Below, piece after piece: positions 1-9,277 of a stretch of DNA of 64,000 bases (positions within the stretch are counted from its first letter, which is position 1; every line of letters starts with the position of its first letter). The position numbers and the translations under genes were made by a program. Origin of the DNA: Candidatus Heimdallarchaeota archaeon (lineage in GTDB: Archaea; Asgardarchaeota; Heimdallarchaeia; Heimdallarchaeales; Heimdallarchaeaceae); contig DAOVET010000001.1 in the NCBI GenBank assembly GCA_030668825.1, positions 42,634 to 106,633 on the forward strand, written 5' to 3'. Below the pieces are notes generated by a model that saw nothing but the letters and a program-made list of their open reading frames with translations, was not told the DNA's origin and did not search any database.

Positions 1-771
1 CTGGTAAAACCGTGGTCCATAACTTAGCTGATTATAATTTTGTAATGCTGAATGTTGCTGAAATGCATACTTTTGCTGTATTTTTTTGACTTCTTTCAGA
101 TAGAACTGGATGATGGATTTGATACCTTTACCCTCATCCTTGACAACAATTGGTCTGCTGCCAATGTTGTCTACATAAGTGATGAGGTTGGTTAATCCTA
201 GATCTATCGCTCCTAAATTATTTCCATTCACCTCAGTATCGGGAATAAGCTTACTATAGACAATCTCCACCGTATATCCTCTCCCTCGAGGAATAATTCT
301 GACTTCTTTGAGTTTGACAGTTTCTGAAAGTCGAGTTTTCGTAGAAAATGCTATTTTCTTCGGGAGAACTAGCTTTCTACCTATTATTCTAGCTTGCTGA
401 TTCGTGAAAATTGCTACTTGTTGGCCCTTCTTGGCTTTGTACTTGGGAGTACGAGGTTTTCCGATAAACATTTTTGGATTATTTTTGTATTCTATCCTTG
501 CTTGCTGAAAACTCTTCCAATTTCTGGTAAGTATTTTGAGGGTGTGTTGAGCTGTTTGAGCTGGAAGGTTTTTGTAGCATTTTTCCGTCTTCAGCTTACG
601 ATCTAGTTGCTGATACGACAAATATTGCTTCGTTTGACAATAATTTTGTTTGAACAGAAACATTGCCCGATTGTAGAGGTTCTTTGTTTGATGACACAGT
701 TGCTGAAGAGCAGGTGTTGGATTTGTTTCTATCACTTCTGTTCTCCATACATCTTGCGCCATTTTCTTCAT
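1..771 (-). CDS. tnpB: IS200/IS605-family RNA-guided endonuclease TnpB, 5' part (runs off window start; not in ORF track)
   Basis: Manual minus-strand translation from ATG 771 (or 762) is open to position 1: MKKMAQDVWRTEVIETNPTPALQQLCHQTKNLYNRAMF...KLKEVRIIPRGRGYTVEIVY...GAIDLGLTNL (RuvC-I Asp). It is collinear with the TnpB at 58383-59636. Confidence 0.9.
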   Translation of the reverse strand, partial: MKKMAQDVWRTEVIETNPTPALQQLCHQTKNLYNRAMFLFKQNYCQTKQYLSYQQLDRKLKTEKCYKNLPAQTAQHTLKILTRNWKSFQQARIEYKNNPKMFIGKPRTPKYKAKKGQQVAIFTNQQARIIGRKLVLPKKIAFSTKTRLSETVKLKEVRIIPRGRGYTVEIVYSKLIPDTEVNGNNLGAIDLGLTNLITYVDNIGSRPIVVKDEGKGIKSIIQFYLKEVKKIQQKYAFQQHSALQNYNQLSYGPRFYQ

Positions 772-895
772 TACTTTATTTTGTTTTGCTTATTTAAATC
801 CCAAAATTTCTTTTTTTGTTTAATGGTACAATAGCATCATTGTCTCCATAGAAACAATTATCAGCAACAACAGAATCTTGGGAGTAGTGAGCTAA

Positions 896-1423
896 GTGTC
901 AAAGAAAACATATCTTACTAACAAAATAGTTCTTATTGGTGACGCAAGAGTGGGAAAAACCTCACTTGTTCGAAGATTCGTATCAAATATGTTTGATCCA
1001 TCTTACAAGATTACTTTAGGTACAACAATAATGAAAAAAGTAGTTGATTACCTTTCTTACAATGTGACACTAGCGATCTGGGACGTAGGCGGCCAGGAGG
1101 TTTTTCGTCAAATAAGAAGCAAATATTTCTTTGGAAGTAAAGGTGCTTTAGCTATTTGTGATGCTTCCAACCTTGATTCTTTCAAGAATCTTTCTTCCTG
1201 GATTGCTTCTTTCAGTAACGAAGTTGGCGATAAACCTATCATTTTTTTAGCCAATAAATGTGATCTTAAGAATCAAGTTGTTTCTGAAGACCACTTAAAA
1301 CAACTTGTTCAAGATACTCCTAAATCTGAATTCATGTTTACTTCTGCTAAAGATGGTACTAACACTGAAAAAGCCTTTATCGACCTCACTCGTCTCATGG
1401 TTGCTGAAGAAGATATTATTTAA
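896..1423 (+). CDS. Rab/Ras-like small GTPase (intact; its 3' part may be island-supplied)
   Basis: G1 GDARVGKT, G2 Thr, G3 WDVGGQ, G4 NKCD, G5 SAK; GTG start; no C-terminal Cys prenylation motif. Confidence 0.95.
   Translation: MSKKTYLTNKIVLIGDARVGKTSLVRRFVSNMFDPSYKITLGTTIMKKVVDYLSYNVTLAIWDVGGQEVFRQIRSKYFFGSKGALAICDASNLDSFKNLSSWIASFSNEVGDKPIIFLANKCDLKNQVVSEDHLKQLVQDTPKSEFMFTSAKDGTNTEKAFIDLTRLMVAEEDII
1121..1164 (+). repeat. Direct repeat, left copy (candidate attL core)
   Basis: aaatatttctttggaagTaaaggtgctttagctatttgtgatgc; 43/44 identical to 20120-20163. Confidence 0.75.
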
Positions 1424-1424
1424 T

Positions 1425-2423
1425 TTATTCATGTTTTACTTTGTTATGCTTTTTTAGATATTCTTCTAATTTTTCTATTTTCTCTAGAAATCCTCTCTTC
1501 TTTTCCTCTTCTCTTTCCTCTCCCCTTAGATAAACATTCGGAAAACTTTCTTTTGTTTCTTTTATTATTTTCTCGTATGGTAAATCTACTTCTTCTTCAA
1601 TATACATTCTTATTTTTCCTGTTAGTGTGTCTAATATTGGTTCCACTTTGTTATAATCCAATACCCACTGCAAGTATTTTGCTCTTCTTAAATCTGCTAT
1701 TATTTCCCTACAGATATTTCTCAGTTTCTTCTTATTTGCTTGTTGTTTTTTCTTTTTCCTATATATCTCATCTAACATTACTGCTCTTATTATTCTTTCA
1801 TTTACTATGTGTTCACATTCCCCATATTCTCTTTCACTTAGCGTATCTCCTAAATCATAACAAAAAGTTAAATCATCCAACATTGAGATAAAGATTATCA
1901 ATTTCCTTGCAATTACACTTGTTTCATCCTTTACATCCACTCTTTGTTTTAGATTTTCATAAAATTGAACCAGTGTCCTCAGAATATCTCTTACAGTTTC
2001 TTCTTGTTGTTTTTTTTCAAACCTTCTTCCTTCTTTATTAAAATGCTTCAAATATATGCCTACCACAATACTAAACAGTATTTCTATTTCTGGATACTTT
2101 TGTATAAAATTCCCAGATTGTATTTTCATTTTTACACTGTTAGTTAATTTCTCAATTCTCTTATTATAATCGTCTTTCTTCTCTAATCCATATAATTCCA
2201 GTAATTCATTCTGAGCATCATTAGAAAGAATTTTTTCTGCTGTTTTAAAAAATTGGAATTCTTGTTCAATAATTGTAATGAGTTCTAAAAAATCCCAATT
2301 AAAATATCCTGTAGAAAAATAATCAATTTTTGTATATTGATGAGATACATTGTACTTTTCATCATTAATCATGATAAAATCCAGAAATTCTTGAATTATC
2401 TGTGATTCTTGGACTTTGTTCAT
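1425..2423 (-). CDS. Hypothetical helical, charged protein at left island border
   Basis: 332-aa ORF; its stop lies 1 bp from the GTPase stop (convergent); no motif recognised. Confidence 0.7.
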   Translation of the reverse strand: MNKVQESQIIQEFLDFIMINDEKYNVSHQYTKIDYFSTGYFNWDFLELITIIEQEFQFFKTAEKILSNDAQNELLELYGLEKKDDYNKRIEKLTNSVKMKIQSGNFIQKYPEIEILFSIVVGIYLKHFNKEGRRFEKKQQEETVRDILRTLVQFYENLKQRVDVKDETSVIARKLIIFISMLDDLTFCYDLGDTLSEREYGECEHIVNERIIRAVMLDEIYRKKKKQQANKKKLRNICREIIADLRRAKYLQWVLDYNKVEPILDTLTGKIRMYIEEEVDLPYEKIIKETKESFPNVYLRGEEREEEKKRGFLEKIEKLEEYLKKHNKVKHE

Positions 2424-2517
2424 TTTCCTCTTTCCTTGTAATAATATTCATATTCTATAGATTTAAGCTTTCTGTGGCAAAAAAAGAGTGGAGGAGTGAA
2501 AATGACTCACCATTTCT

Positions 2518-2940
2518 TCAATTTAGGAAGTGCCAATTTGTAGTAATCCATTTGAAGAAATCTCGTATCTTTGCTTTTTCTGGGAACGAGAAAACTAGAT
2601 TTAGTGCTTCTATTTTGATTTCATTGATTAACTTTGATAACCAATTCCCACCATCACCTAATGAGTATACACCTCTAGTGCTTTCCCATCCTGGAATAAT
2701 TCTACCTGAAGTTTTCTGTTGTCCAAATCTTATGTTTATTTCTACATCATTTATACGTATATTCCCATTCCAATCAATATCAATACGAGAAATACGATTG
2801 TTTGCTTGAATTGTACCAAAACTTATCCCATCTGGATAGAGCGAAATTTCTCTTCTTAAATATTGCATTGCATCATCACAGTTTCTCTGATAATCTGCTA
2901 ATATAAGAGCGAAAAGCTTCATCATTTCATCACAATTCAT
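2518..2940 (-). CDS. Hypothetical protein
   Basis: 140-aa ATG ORF with globular composition, same strand as neighbours. Confidence 0.65.
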   Translation of the reverse strand: MNCDEMMKLFALILADYQRNCDDAMQYLRREISLYPDGISFGTIQANNRISRIDIDWNGNIRINDVEINIRFGQQKTSGRIIPGWESTRGVYSLGDGGNWLSKLINEIKIEALNLVFSFPEKAKIRDFFKWITTNWHFLN

Positions 2941-2995
2941 TCTTTTTAAACAAATAAGTTATAAAAAATTATTATCTTAATATAAAGAGGATTTG

Positions 2996-3592
2996 TTAGT
3001 CTTTTTGAAAACGATTGTAAATAGGCTTCAAAAGAGGAACAAATAAGAGAAGAGAAAGCATCATAAAAGAAGTTGAATCTGGATTTGGACGCAGTTCAAA
3101 CAAAACCAACCATGCCGAACTATGGTCTTCATCTGTCGCTAGTGGTATGTTTTCTGTAAAAGTTAATAGGCAACGAACATTACAAGTCCCCCAATTTGAA
3201 TTATAATTAATAGTTAGGTCTTGTGTAATATAGCTACCAACAGTTGTGAATTCCTCGCTATAGGTTTTTGTTTCAATGTTACCAATTGTATAAATATCTA
3301 TAGTTAAACCTATGTTTTTTATTCCTTGTACATTGCTTCCAAGCGCTCCAAGTTCTATAATGATTTTACCTTCCGCTTTCTGATTATGATTCAGAGAAAC
3401 ATCATCAAAAGAAGGCTTAATTAAAATCTCTGTCCCACGAGTGGTTGTTACAGTATGTACTTCAAAGGTAAGCGCAGAAGGATATGAAACAGCTGAGAAA
3501 ATAAATAGTAAGCCAATGAACAGAATTTTAATCTTTTTATTCAAATGTAATTCACCGCAAATACAAAGGAAGTAAATATATTTAAAGTGCAC
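2996..3592 (-). CDS. Secreted/membrane-anchored protein
   Basis: Basic then hydrophobic signal-like segment (KKIKILFIGLLFIFSAVS), beta-rich body, C-terminal hydrophobic helix; true start probably ~16 codons downstream. Confidence 0.7.
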   Translation of the reverse strand: MHFKYIYFLCICGELHLNKKIKILFIGLLFIFSAVSYPSALTFEVHTVTTTRGTEILIKPSFDDVSLNHNQKAEGKIIIELGALGSNVQGIKNIGLTIDIYTIGNIETKTYSEEFTTVGSYITQDLTINYNSNWGTCNVRCLLTFTENIPLATDEDHSSAWLVLFELRPNPDSTSFMMLSLLLFVPLLKPIYNRFQKD

Positions 3593-3609
3593 TATAAGTT
3601 ACTTTACAT

Positions 3610-3843
3610 ATGCGAATGAGTAACGAAGGTAAAATCATTTTCAATCACATGGGAATAGAATATAGAGAATGCATAATAGAACAATGTATGTGGAACGTCA
3701 ATTGGGAAGAACTACGATTGGCAGAAGAGACAGCGGGAAGACCTCTACCAAAAAAATTCGAGGGAAGGGTGTGTAATTGTGTTCCAGAGAATCCTATAGG
3801 TATTTTAGAAGCTTCTAAAGTACGATGCAATCCAGAAGGTTAA
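3610..3843 (+). CDS. Small Cys-containing hypothetical protein
   Basis: 77 aa with 5 Cys; ATG start. Confidence 0.45.
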   Translation: MRMSNEGKIIFNHMGIEYRECIIEQCMWNVNWEELRLAEETAGRPLPKKFEGRVCNCVPENPIGILEASKVRCNPEG

Positions 3844-3881
3844 AAAGGTTAATTATCAACTGTAGAATTCATTTTCTATCT

Positions 3882-4118
3882 TTATATAAAATCTTCTAAT
3901 CCTAATTGTTTCTTCGGTCTCATAAAATCCTTCAGTTCCTTATCCTTTTGGTCAATGAACCATTGTTTGATGAGCTTGGTTTCAGGATCAACAACAGACT
4001 TAGGTATCCAGATAGGATTATCAACAAAACCATCAATAAGAGCTAGAAAGGCTTTCTCTGTCTCAATATCTACTTTACCTAACTTAAAGTCTGAATACTT
4101 ACTCCGATTCTCGTCCAT
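3882..4118 (-). CDS. Small virus-like protein with C-terminal PIP-box-like motif
   Basis: ETEKA...WIPKS pattern seen in small phage/viral proteins; ends QLGLEDFI (QxxLxxF). Confidence 0.6.
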   Translation of the reverse strand: MDENRSKYSDFKLGKVDIETEKAFLALIDGFVDNPIWIPKSVVDPETKLIKQWFIDQKDKELKDFMRPKKQLGLEDFI

Positions 4119-4272
4119 ATTAAAAAGAAAGAGGAGATTTCAGTTTATAATGATAGAGCAAAGATGTATATTAAGTTGGATATTTTTTCTCCTTTTTGCA
4201 TTTACTTGAATAATCTAAACAAATAACTTTATTGTATTCAATTTCCAATATCTTAGATATTATGGGAAATTT

Positions 4273-4926
4273 CTATCTCTTGTTTGAATTTTTCTTTCGG
4301 ATTGCGAAAATCACAGTACATATCAACAAAATGGATAATAGTGGTAATGCAAAAGAAACATTTGTTTGTTCAGTAGGATAATAGTCAAATTCAATGTAAG
4401 TGACATTCATATTACCTGAATTCATCTTTATTAAAGCAGGTAGTTCTAGAGTAGTTATGTTATTTACAAAATAACCTGTATTTATTGGTCTCCAGAGAGT
4501 ATAATTTCCATCCTCGGGTTGAGATAAACCCGATTGATTAATATAAAATTTCACGTAACTATGTTCAACAGTGATTCCTGGAGCATAAGAATAGTGCATT
4601 ATTGTTGCATGAGCTATCATCAATGGATCAATTACCAGTGTTTGGTTACTAAGGGTTGCATTTATGAAGACTTTAGGATAAAAATCTGATAACTCAACTA
4701 CTGTTTGATTTTCCTCAGCTCTATTCAGAATTTCTACAGTAACACCGATACCAAATAGAGTAGAATTTGGTTTATTATATAGATTAGTAATTACAGCAAT
4801 TTCACTAACTTCTGATACTCTTGAAGCAATAACAGGAAGATTACCAGAAACTGATAAATTGATTGAAGAAACACATATGTATGCAATTAATATTAAAGTA
4901 AGATATTTTCCTAGTGGTTTAATCAT
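4273..4926 (-). CDS. Surface protein with signal peptide and C-terminal TM anchor
   Basis: N-terminal hydrophobic signal, many NxS/T sequons, C-terminal TM plus RKKNSNKR tail. Confidence 0.8.
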   Translation of the reverse strand: MIKPLGKYLTLILIAYICVSSINLSVSGNLPVIASRVSEVSEIAVITNLYNKPNSTLFGIGVTVEILNRAEENQTVVELSDFYPKVFINATLSNQTLVIDPLMIAHATIMHYSYAPGITVEHSYVKFYINQSGLSQPEDGNYTLWRPINTGYFVNNITTLELPALIKMNSGNMNVTYIEFDYYPTEQTNVSFALPLLSILLICTVIFAIRKKNSNKR

Positions 4927-4995
4927 ACTTTTTCCTCCATTTAATCTTTTTAGCAGACGTACCTAATTAAAGTTAAGTACGAGGTTTAATAATTC

Positions 4996-6192
4996 TTACC
5001 TTGCTAGTCTCCCCTCCGTATATGCCTTTCCAAATGCTAAATAAGCATCTATATATCCATATCCAAATTTTTGATCAAAAGTGCTTCGCGAACTAGCATA
5101 GTATAAGATATCCAAAACTTTCTGGAGAGAAGGGTCAGTAGAAGAACCTATTCCATTGTGATAAGCTGTTATTATCAAAGCAATTGTTGCAGCCAAATAG
5201 GGAGTACTAAAACTGGTTCCAGCTCCATATTTCCAAATACCTCTATAGATTCCAAGTGATTGATCATAATATGCATCCGTTAATATAGGTATACCATTCC
5301 CTGGTTCTACCCAGTTTACAATATGATTACCTGTAGTATAAGATTTATACCAAGATGAAAACCAGGATTTATGATGTATCCATGAGTCGCTTCGATCTTC
5401 ATGATCTATTGAACCAACAGCATACCACTCAGAGTAATATGATTGATACATGTAATTATAACCCCAACGGTAATTAAGATAATTGTAATAGTTACCAGCT
5501 GCTGTAAGTAACATCACATTTTTAGTAATCAAACTTGCCCATTTTTGATGGATTGTTGTATCTTCAGTAAAATCAATTCTTGAGACCCAAGACCATGAAA
5601 CTATATCGATATCCTTTGATGCTTGATTATCATCTATCCATTCCCAAATTTCATATTGTCCATAAGTAAATCCATAGGGATCATATAACTCTTCCTCTTC
5701 ATTTTCCACATATAAATCGATAAAAATGACTTTTACATCTCTGGCGATGGAAGCTAGTACAGATATAACTGCAAATCCATGTCCATGAAACACTTGATTG
5801 TCTAGAAATGGATCATTAGGATTAGTAATGAATTTTATTTCATTATAACATCTGAAATCGTTTGTTAAGAACCCAACAATATCCACATTCGCTTCAGGAT
5901 TTTGTTCTAAAGCTTTCCATTCCAAATCAGTTAAACCATCATCAATTATTACGACAGTAACATAATCATCTATAGTAACTCCATGCTCATACACAATTAC
6001 ATCTGTTTCTGTATACTTATATGCTGCATCTTGAAGATTTCCAACTTTTACTGCTGGATTTATAACAGGATCACCAATTGCTCCGCATTTTAACCAATCT
6101 AACATTTTGAGTTGATTATTACACATATCAGGTAAAGGTGCCAATCCAATACATACTATCAAGCAAAAGGAAAGAATTTTTTCATATTTCAT
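4996..6192 (-). CDS. Secreted S8 (subtilisin-like) serine peptidase
   Basis: Catalytic triad motifs VVIIDDG, HGHG and GAGTSFSTP; oxyanion AAGN; C-terminal GYGYID; signal peptide. Confidence 0.88.
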   Translation of the reverse strand: MKYEKILSFCLIVCIGLAPLPDMCNNQLKMLDWLKCGAIGDPVINPAVKVGNLQDAAYKYTETDVIVYEHGVTIDDYVTVVIIDDGLTDLEWKALEQNPEANVDIVGFLTNDFRCYNEIKFITNPNDPFLDNQVFHGHGFAVISVLASIARDVKVIFIDLYVENEEEELYDPYGFTYGQYEIWEWIDDNQASKDIDIVSWSWVSRIDFTEDTTIHQKWASLITKNVMLLTAAGNYYNYLNYRWGYNYMYQSYYSEWYAVGSIDHEDRSDSWIHHKSWFSSWYKSYTTGNHIVNWVEPGNGIPILTDAYYDQSLGIYRGIWKYGAGTSFSTPYLAATIALIITAYHNGIGSSTDPSLQKVLDILYYASSRSTFDQKFGYGYIDAYLAFGKAYTEGRLAR

Positions 6193-6411
6193 TATTCTTG
6201 ACTCCTAGATAGTAATTTTATCAAATTCTAGATCCTCTTGTTTCCTTAAAAACCTGTCTTATTTTCAGATGCTGCAAATGTGTCGTAAATTTCCAATATT
6301 CTTTCTTTCATTTCTTTCAATGTTGTTTTTACCACCTTTATAAATCAAACTCCTGATAATAGTTCACCTACACTCCTTGTTTTACATCCCACTGAAAGTA
6401 AAAAAGGATAG

Positions 6412-6966
6412 TTGGTGAAAGAAGTGGGTAAGAACATGTATACAAGATTAAAAGAAGAAGTAAAGAAATATCTCTCCTCTTTTAAAAGGTTTCAAGAAGA
6501 ACTACAATCATTTAAAGAATTTAGAAGAAGTATTGATTTACCATCAGAGATGACAATAGATCTATCGGAAACTAAGGACCAGATGGAAGCTATTAGAAGA
6601 TATGAAGCAAGATTACAGAAAGGAAAAGATGATCCAACTTGGTTTACTCTCACTAAGATGGTTACTGATGTTTTTTTCGAGATGAAAAAAGAGTTTGAGG
6701 TATTCATGCAAGAACCTCAGTTTCTAGAAGGTAGAAAGTGTAAAAATCTAGTTGATTTAACTACTTATGTAGTTGGAGAATTACAAGAACTAGAAGTTAA
6801 GCTTTACTCCAAACACATGGATGAAGTAGATTGTTCTGTTTGTAACCAAAGTCATCTTATTCTTGATGAGAATAGAGCAGAACAGACATGTAAAAACTGT
6901 GGCATAGTAATTAGAGATAAGATATCCGAAGAGGAAATTAGTCTTAAATCACAACCTTTTTTCTGA
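6412..6966 (+). CDS. Coiled-coil protein with C-terminal TFIIB/TFB-type zinc ribbon
   Basis: CSVCNQSHLILDENRAEQTCKNCGIVIRDKI fits the TFB Zn-ribbon pattern CxxC..l.D....E..C..CG.V; no cyclin folds; probable ATG at 6436. Confidence 0.7.
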   Translation: MVKEVGKNMYTRLKEEVKKYLSSFKRFQEELQSFKEFRRSIDLPSEMTIDLSETKDQMEAIRRYEARLQKGKDDPTWFTLTKMVTDVFFEMKKEFEVFMQEPQFLEGRKCKNLVDLTTYVVGELQELEVKLYSKHMDEVDCSVCNQSHLILDENRAEQTCKNCGIVIRDKISEEEISLKSQPFF

Positions 6967-7030
6967 TAAAAACTTAAAAAGGATAAGGATAAATTCTACT
7001 AATCTTAATTATTACTTAAATAACGAATAT

Positions 7031-7609
7031 TTGGATGGAAAAATAATGACTATTGATGGTTATGATTTACAGGATGGTTTTACTAGAAATTATCATTCCT
7101 TTCAATTGACAGGAGAGCATACAAATACTACTTGGACACATAGAATCCTCGGTTACTTTGATAGACTGGGGAGAATGCTAGGATACGAAGTACAATTTGA
7201 AAAAGAAATATATGATTTAACTTGGTGGGATTATTCAATTAATCAAGAAAAAGGGAAGATTATTCTCCATGTCGAACATGAAAATTCAACAAATAAGAAT
7301 AAGATAATCGAAGAAACTTTAGAATACAAAATTCTAGATTCTGAAGCAAAAATAGCTCTTGCTATCTGTTATCCTAATAATTCTCAAGATTTTGATGAAA
7401 TTAAACTTTGGATTAAAAAGAATGTTAAAAAACGAATGAAAGCAGAAGAAGTAGCCATCATAGTAGATGGTTGTTGTTATGGAGAAGAACCATATCATTT
7501 TGCAGTTCACATGATTACGAAAAAGAAATCAGAACTATACCTTTATGACAAAATAACAGTAAATGAATATCATTGCTTAGAGTATAAGACAGAAGAAAAT
7601 TACGCGTGA
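7031..7609 (+). CDS. PD-(D/E)xK restriction-endonuclease-like protein
   Basis: GYEVQFE...YDLTW...ILHVEHEN catalytic-type pattern. Confidence 0.65.
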   Translation: MDGKIMTIDGYDLQDGFTRNYHSFQLTGEHTNTTWTHRILGYFDRLGRMLGYEVQFEKEIYDLTWWDYSINQEKGKIILHVEHENSTNKNKIIEETLEYKILDSEAKIALAICYPNNSQDFDEIKLWIKKNVKKRMKAEEVAIIVDGCCYGEEPYHFAVHMITKKKSELYLYDKITVNEYHCLEYKTEENYA

Positions 7610-7638
7610 TGGACGTATCGTGTAAAATTGTGAATTAT

Positions 7639-7869
7639 TCATTGATTTTGTATTCTCGCTTTTATTTTTTTTGTTTCTTCTTCAGATAAAATCTTATCTC
7701 TCTTCCCTAAACTACATTCTTTGCATGTTGTTGCTAGATTGTCTAGTGAATGTTCTTTTACTATTGACCAAGGTATAATATGGTCAACTTGTAATTCAAC
7801 TTCTGGAGCTGAACGACCACAAATTATACAAGAAAAATTATCTCGTTGTAGAACCTCAAATCTCAAACT
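7639..7869 (-). pseudogene. HNH endonuclease domain, in frame behind the stop of the upstream membrane-protein gene
   Basis: SLRFEVLQRDNFSCIICG...VDHIIPWS...NLATTCKECSLGK; no ATG of its own; directly follows TAA at 7870-7872 in the same frame. Confidence 0.75.
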
Positions 7870-8493
7870 TTAAGGAATTGAACTTTCATCATCTTTTTTG
7901 ATTTTTGCTGTAAATACAAAACCCCCTAAACATACAAAGAAAATTCCAAATGTTAAGAGAAAAGCACCAATAACCATCCACCACCATTCTAAGTCAAAAA
8001 CTAATATCCATAATCCAACAATAGAAGAATATAGTAAGTTCAAGTAAGTACGTCCTCTGAATATCAATCTGCAAAACAATTCCTTTCCATTCTTTGGAAT
8101 ACTATAACCTAGAATATATTTCCTGATTTCTTCATTATCAAATCCTTTTATTTGTAATCGAACAAAATGCAGAAGCACGTATTCTTTCATCTCTTCGTAC
8201 ATAGTTGTAAGATTAAAATAATTGCACCCAATAACAAAGATTCCAATAAAAATTACAAAACCAATCCGTAGATAAGGTTCATCATTTTGTGTTGAAGGAA
8301 AATCGATCTGAATGTAACTTGAACCAAAATACGCTCCTAATGAAATTATTGCTAACAATGATGGGAATACAGAAATAAATCTAAACTTTTGAGAATTTAG
8401 GAATTTAATTCTATTAAGAATCTGTTCATGAAGAGTCAGAAGTTGTTCTTGTGGAATATCATCGTTTTCTTTCTTATCATCTTTTTTTGTCAT
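7870..8493 (-). CDS. Multi-pass membrane protein (probable N-terminal part of a TM-HNH fusion)
   Basis: About four hydrophobic helices; ends SSIP* in frame with the HNH domain. Confidence 0.75.
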   Translation of the reverse strand: MTKKDDKKENDDIPQEQLLTLHEQILNRIKFLNSQKFRFISVFPSLLAIISLGAYFGSSYIQIDFPSTQNDEPYLRIGFVIFIGIFVIGCNYFNLTTMYEEMKEYVLLHFVRLQIKGFDNEEIRKYILGYSIPKNGKELFCRLIFRGRTYLNLLYSSIVGLWILVFDLEWWWMVIGAFLLTFGIFFVCLGGFVFTAKIKKDDESSIP

Positions 8494-8705
8494 TTTCTTT
8501 CATCGTAAACAGATAAATAGCACATATTTAAATCCCGATGTTTTTTTCACTAAATATAATAGATGTAAGAATTTTAATTTTTTTTCAATTTTCGGTATGT
8601 TTCTGATACTATACACTCCAATAATTCGTCAAAAACTACTTTTTATACTCAAATTTAAATAGAATAAAAAATAATTAAGATTGCTTTGAGTAATTCGTAT
8701 ATAAG

Positions 8706-9251
8706 TTGGGAAAAATCATGAATAACACTTCAAATAACAAAAGTGATGAACAACTACAATATGAATTAAAAAAACTAATAGACAAGTATAATAAATTCAA
8801 GAGAGACAAAGGTCGTTCAGGTTTAAATAAATTGAATGAAGCAGAAGTAAGAAAAGACTTCATTGATCCTTTCTTTGCAATTCTTGGGTGGAATATTCAT
8901 GATTCCTCAGAGTATGGTACTGAAGAACATATCAAAGGTGTAGGAAGAGCAGATATCATATTAAGAGATTCCAAGCTTATTTCCACAAAACCTCAAAGTC
9001 TTGTTTATGTTGAAGCAAAACGGTTTGGTATTCTTCATTCTAAACCACTTGATACTAAACAAGTTGATCTTTTGGGAAAATTTGTTCCTGATTGGACAGA
9101 AGAAGATAGACAAGCAACTAATTATGCAATGGCAAAAAACATAAGATGGGCAAGAATTAATGGAATATATCCTATTGTTGTCAGTCAAGAAATCAACAAT
9201 CAGATAATGGGTAAAATAACATTTGAAATTATTGCACATTCAGATATTTAA
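8706..9251 (+). pseudogene. Truncated type I HsdR-N / type IIG restriction-modification N-terminal nuclease domain
   Basis: NEAEVRKDFIDPFFAILGW...GRADIIL...VEAKR...QATNYA...IRWA; family resemblance stops at ~9152, and no methyltransferase or helicase domain follows. Confidence 0.7.
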
Positions 9252-9277
9252 TATTTTGTTAATTAGGTTCAGAAAAT

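Noticed and set aside
394-834. Plus-strand ORFs 394-606 and 607-834
   Set aside because: Shadows of the minus-strand tnpB, which has clear homology to the other copy.
1590-1700. ADLRR...Y in the 332-aa ORF as a tyrosine-recombinase active site
   Set aside because: No His in HxxR, no LGH-like motif and short R-to-Y spacing; not supportable without a profile search.
7870-7872. Selenocysteine/pyrrolysine recoding at the TM-HNH junction
   Set aside because: The codon is TAA, not TGA or TAG, and TAA terminates many normal genes in this window.
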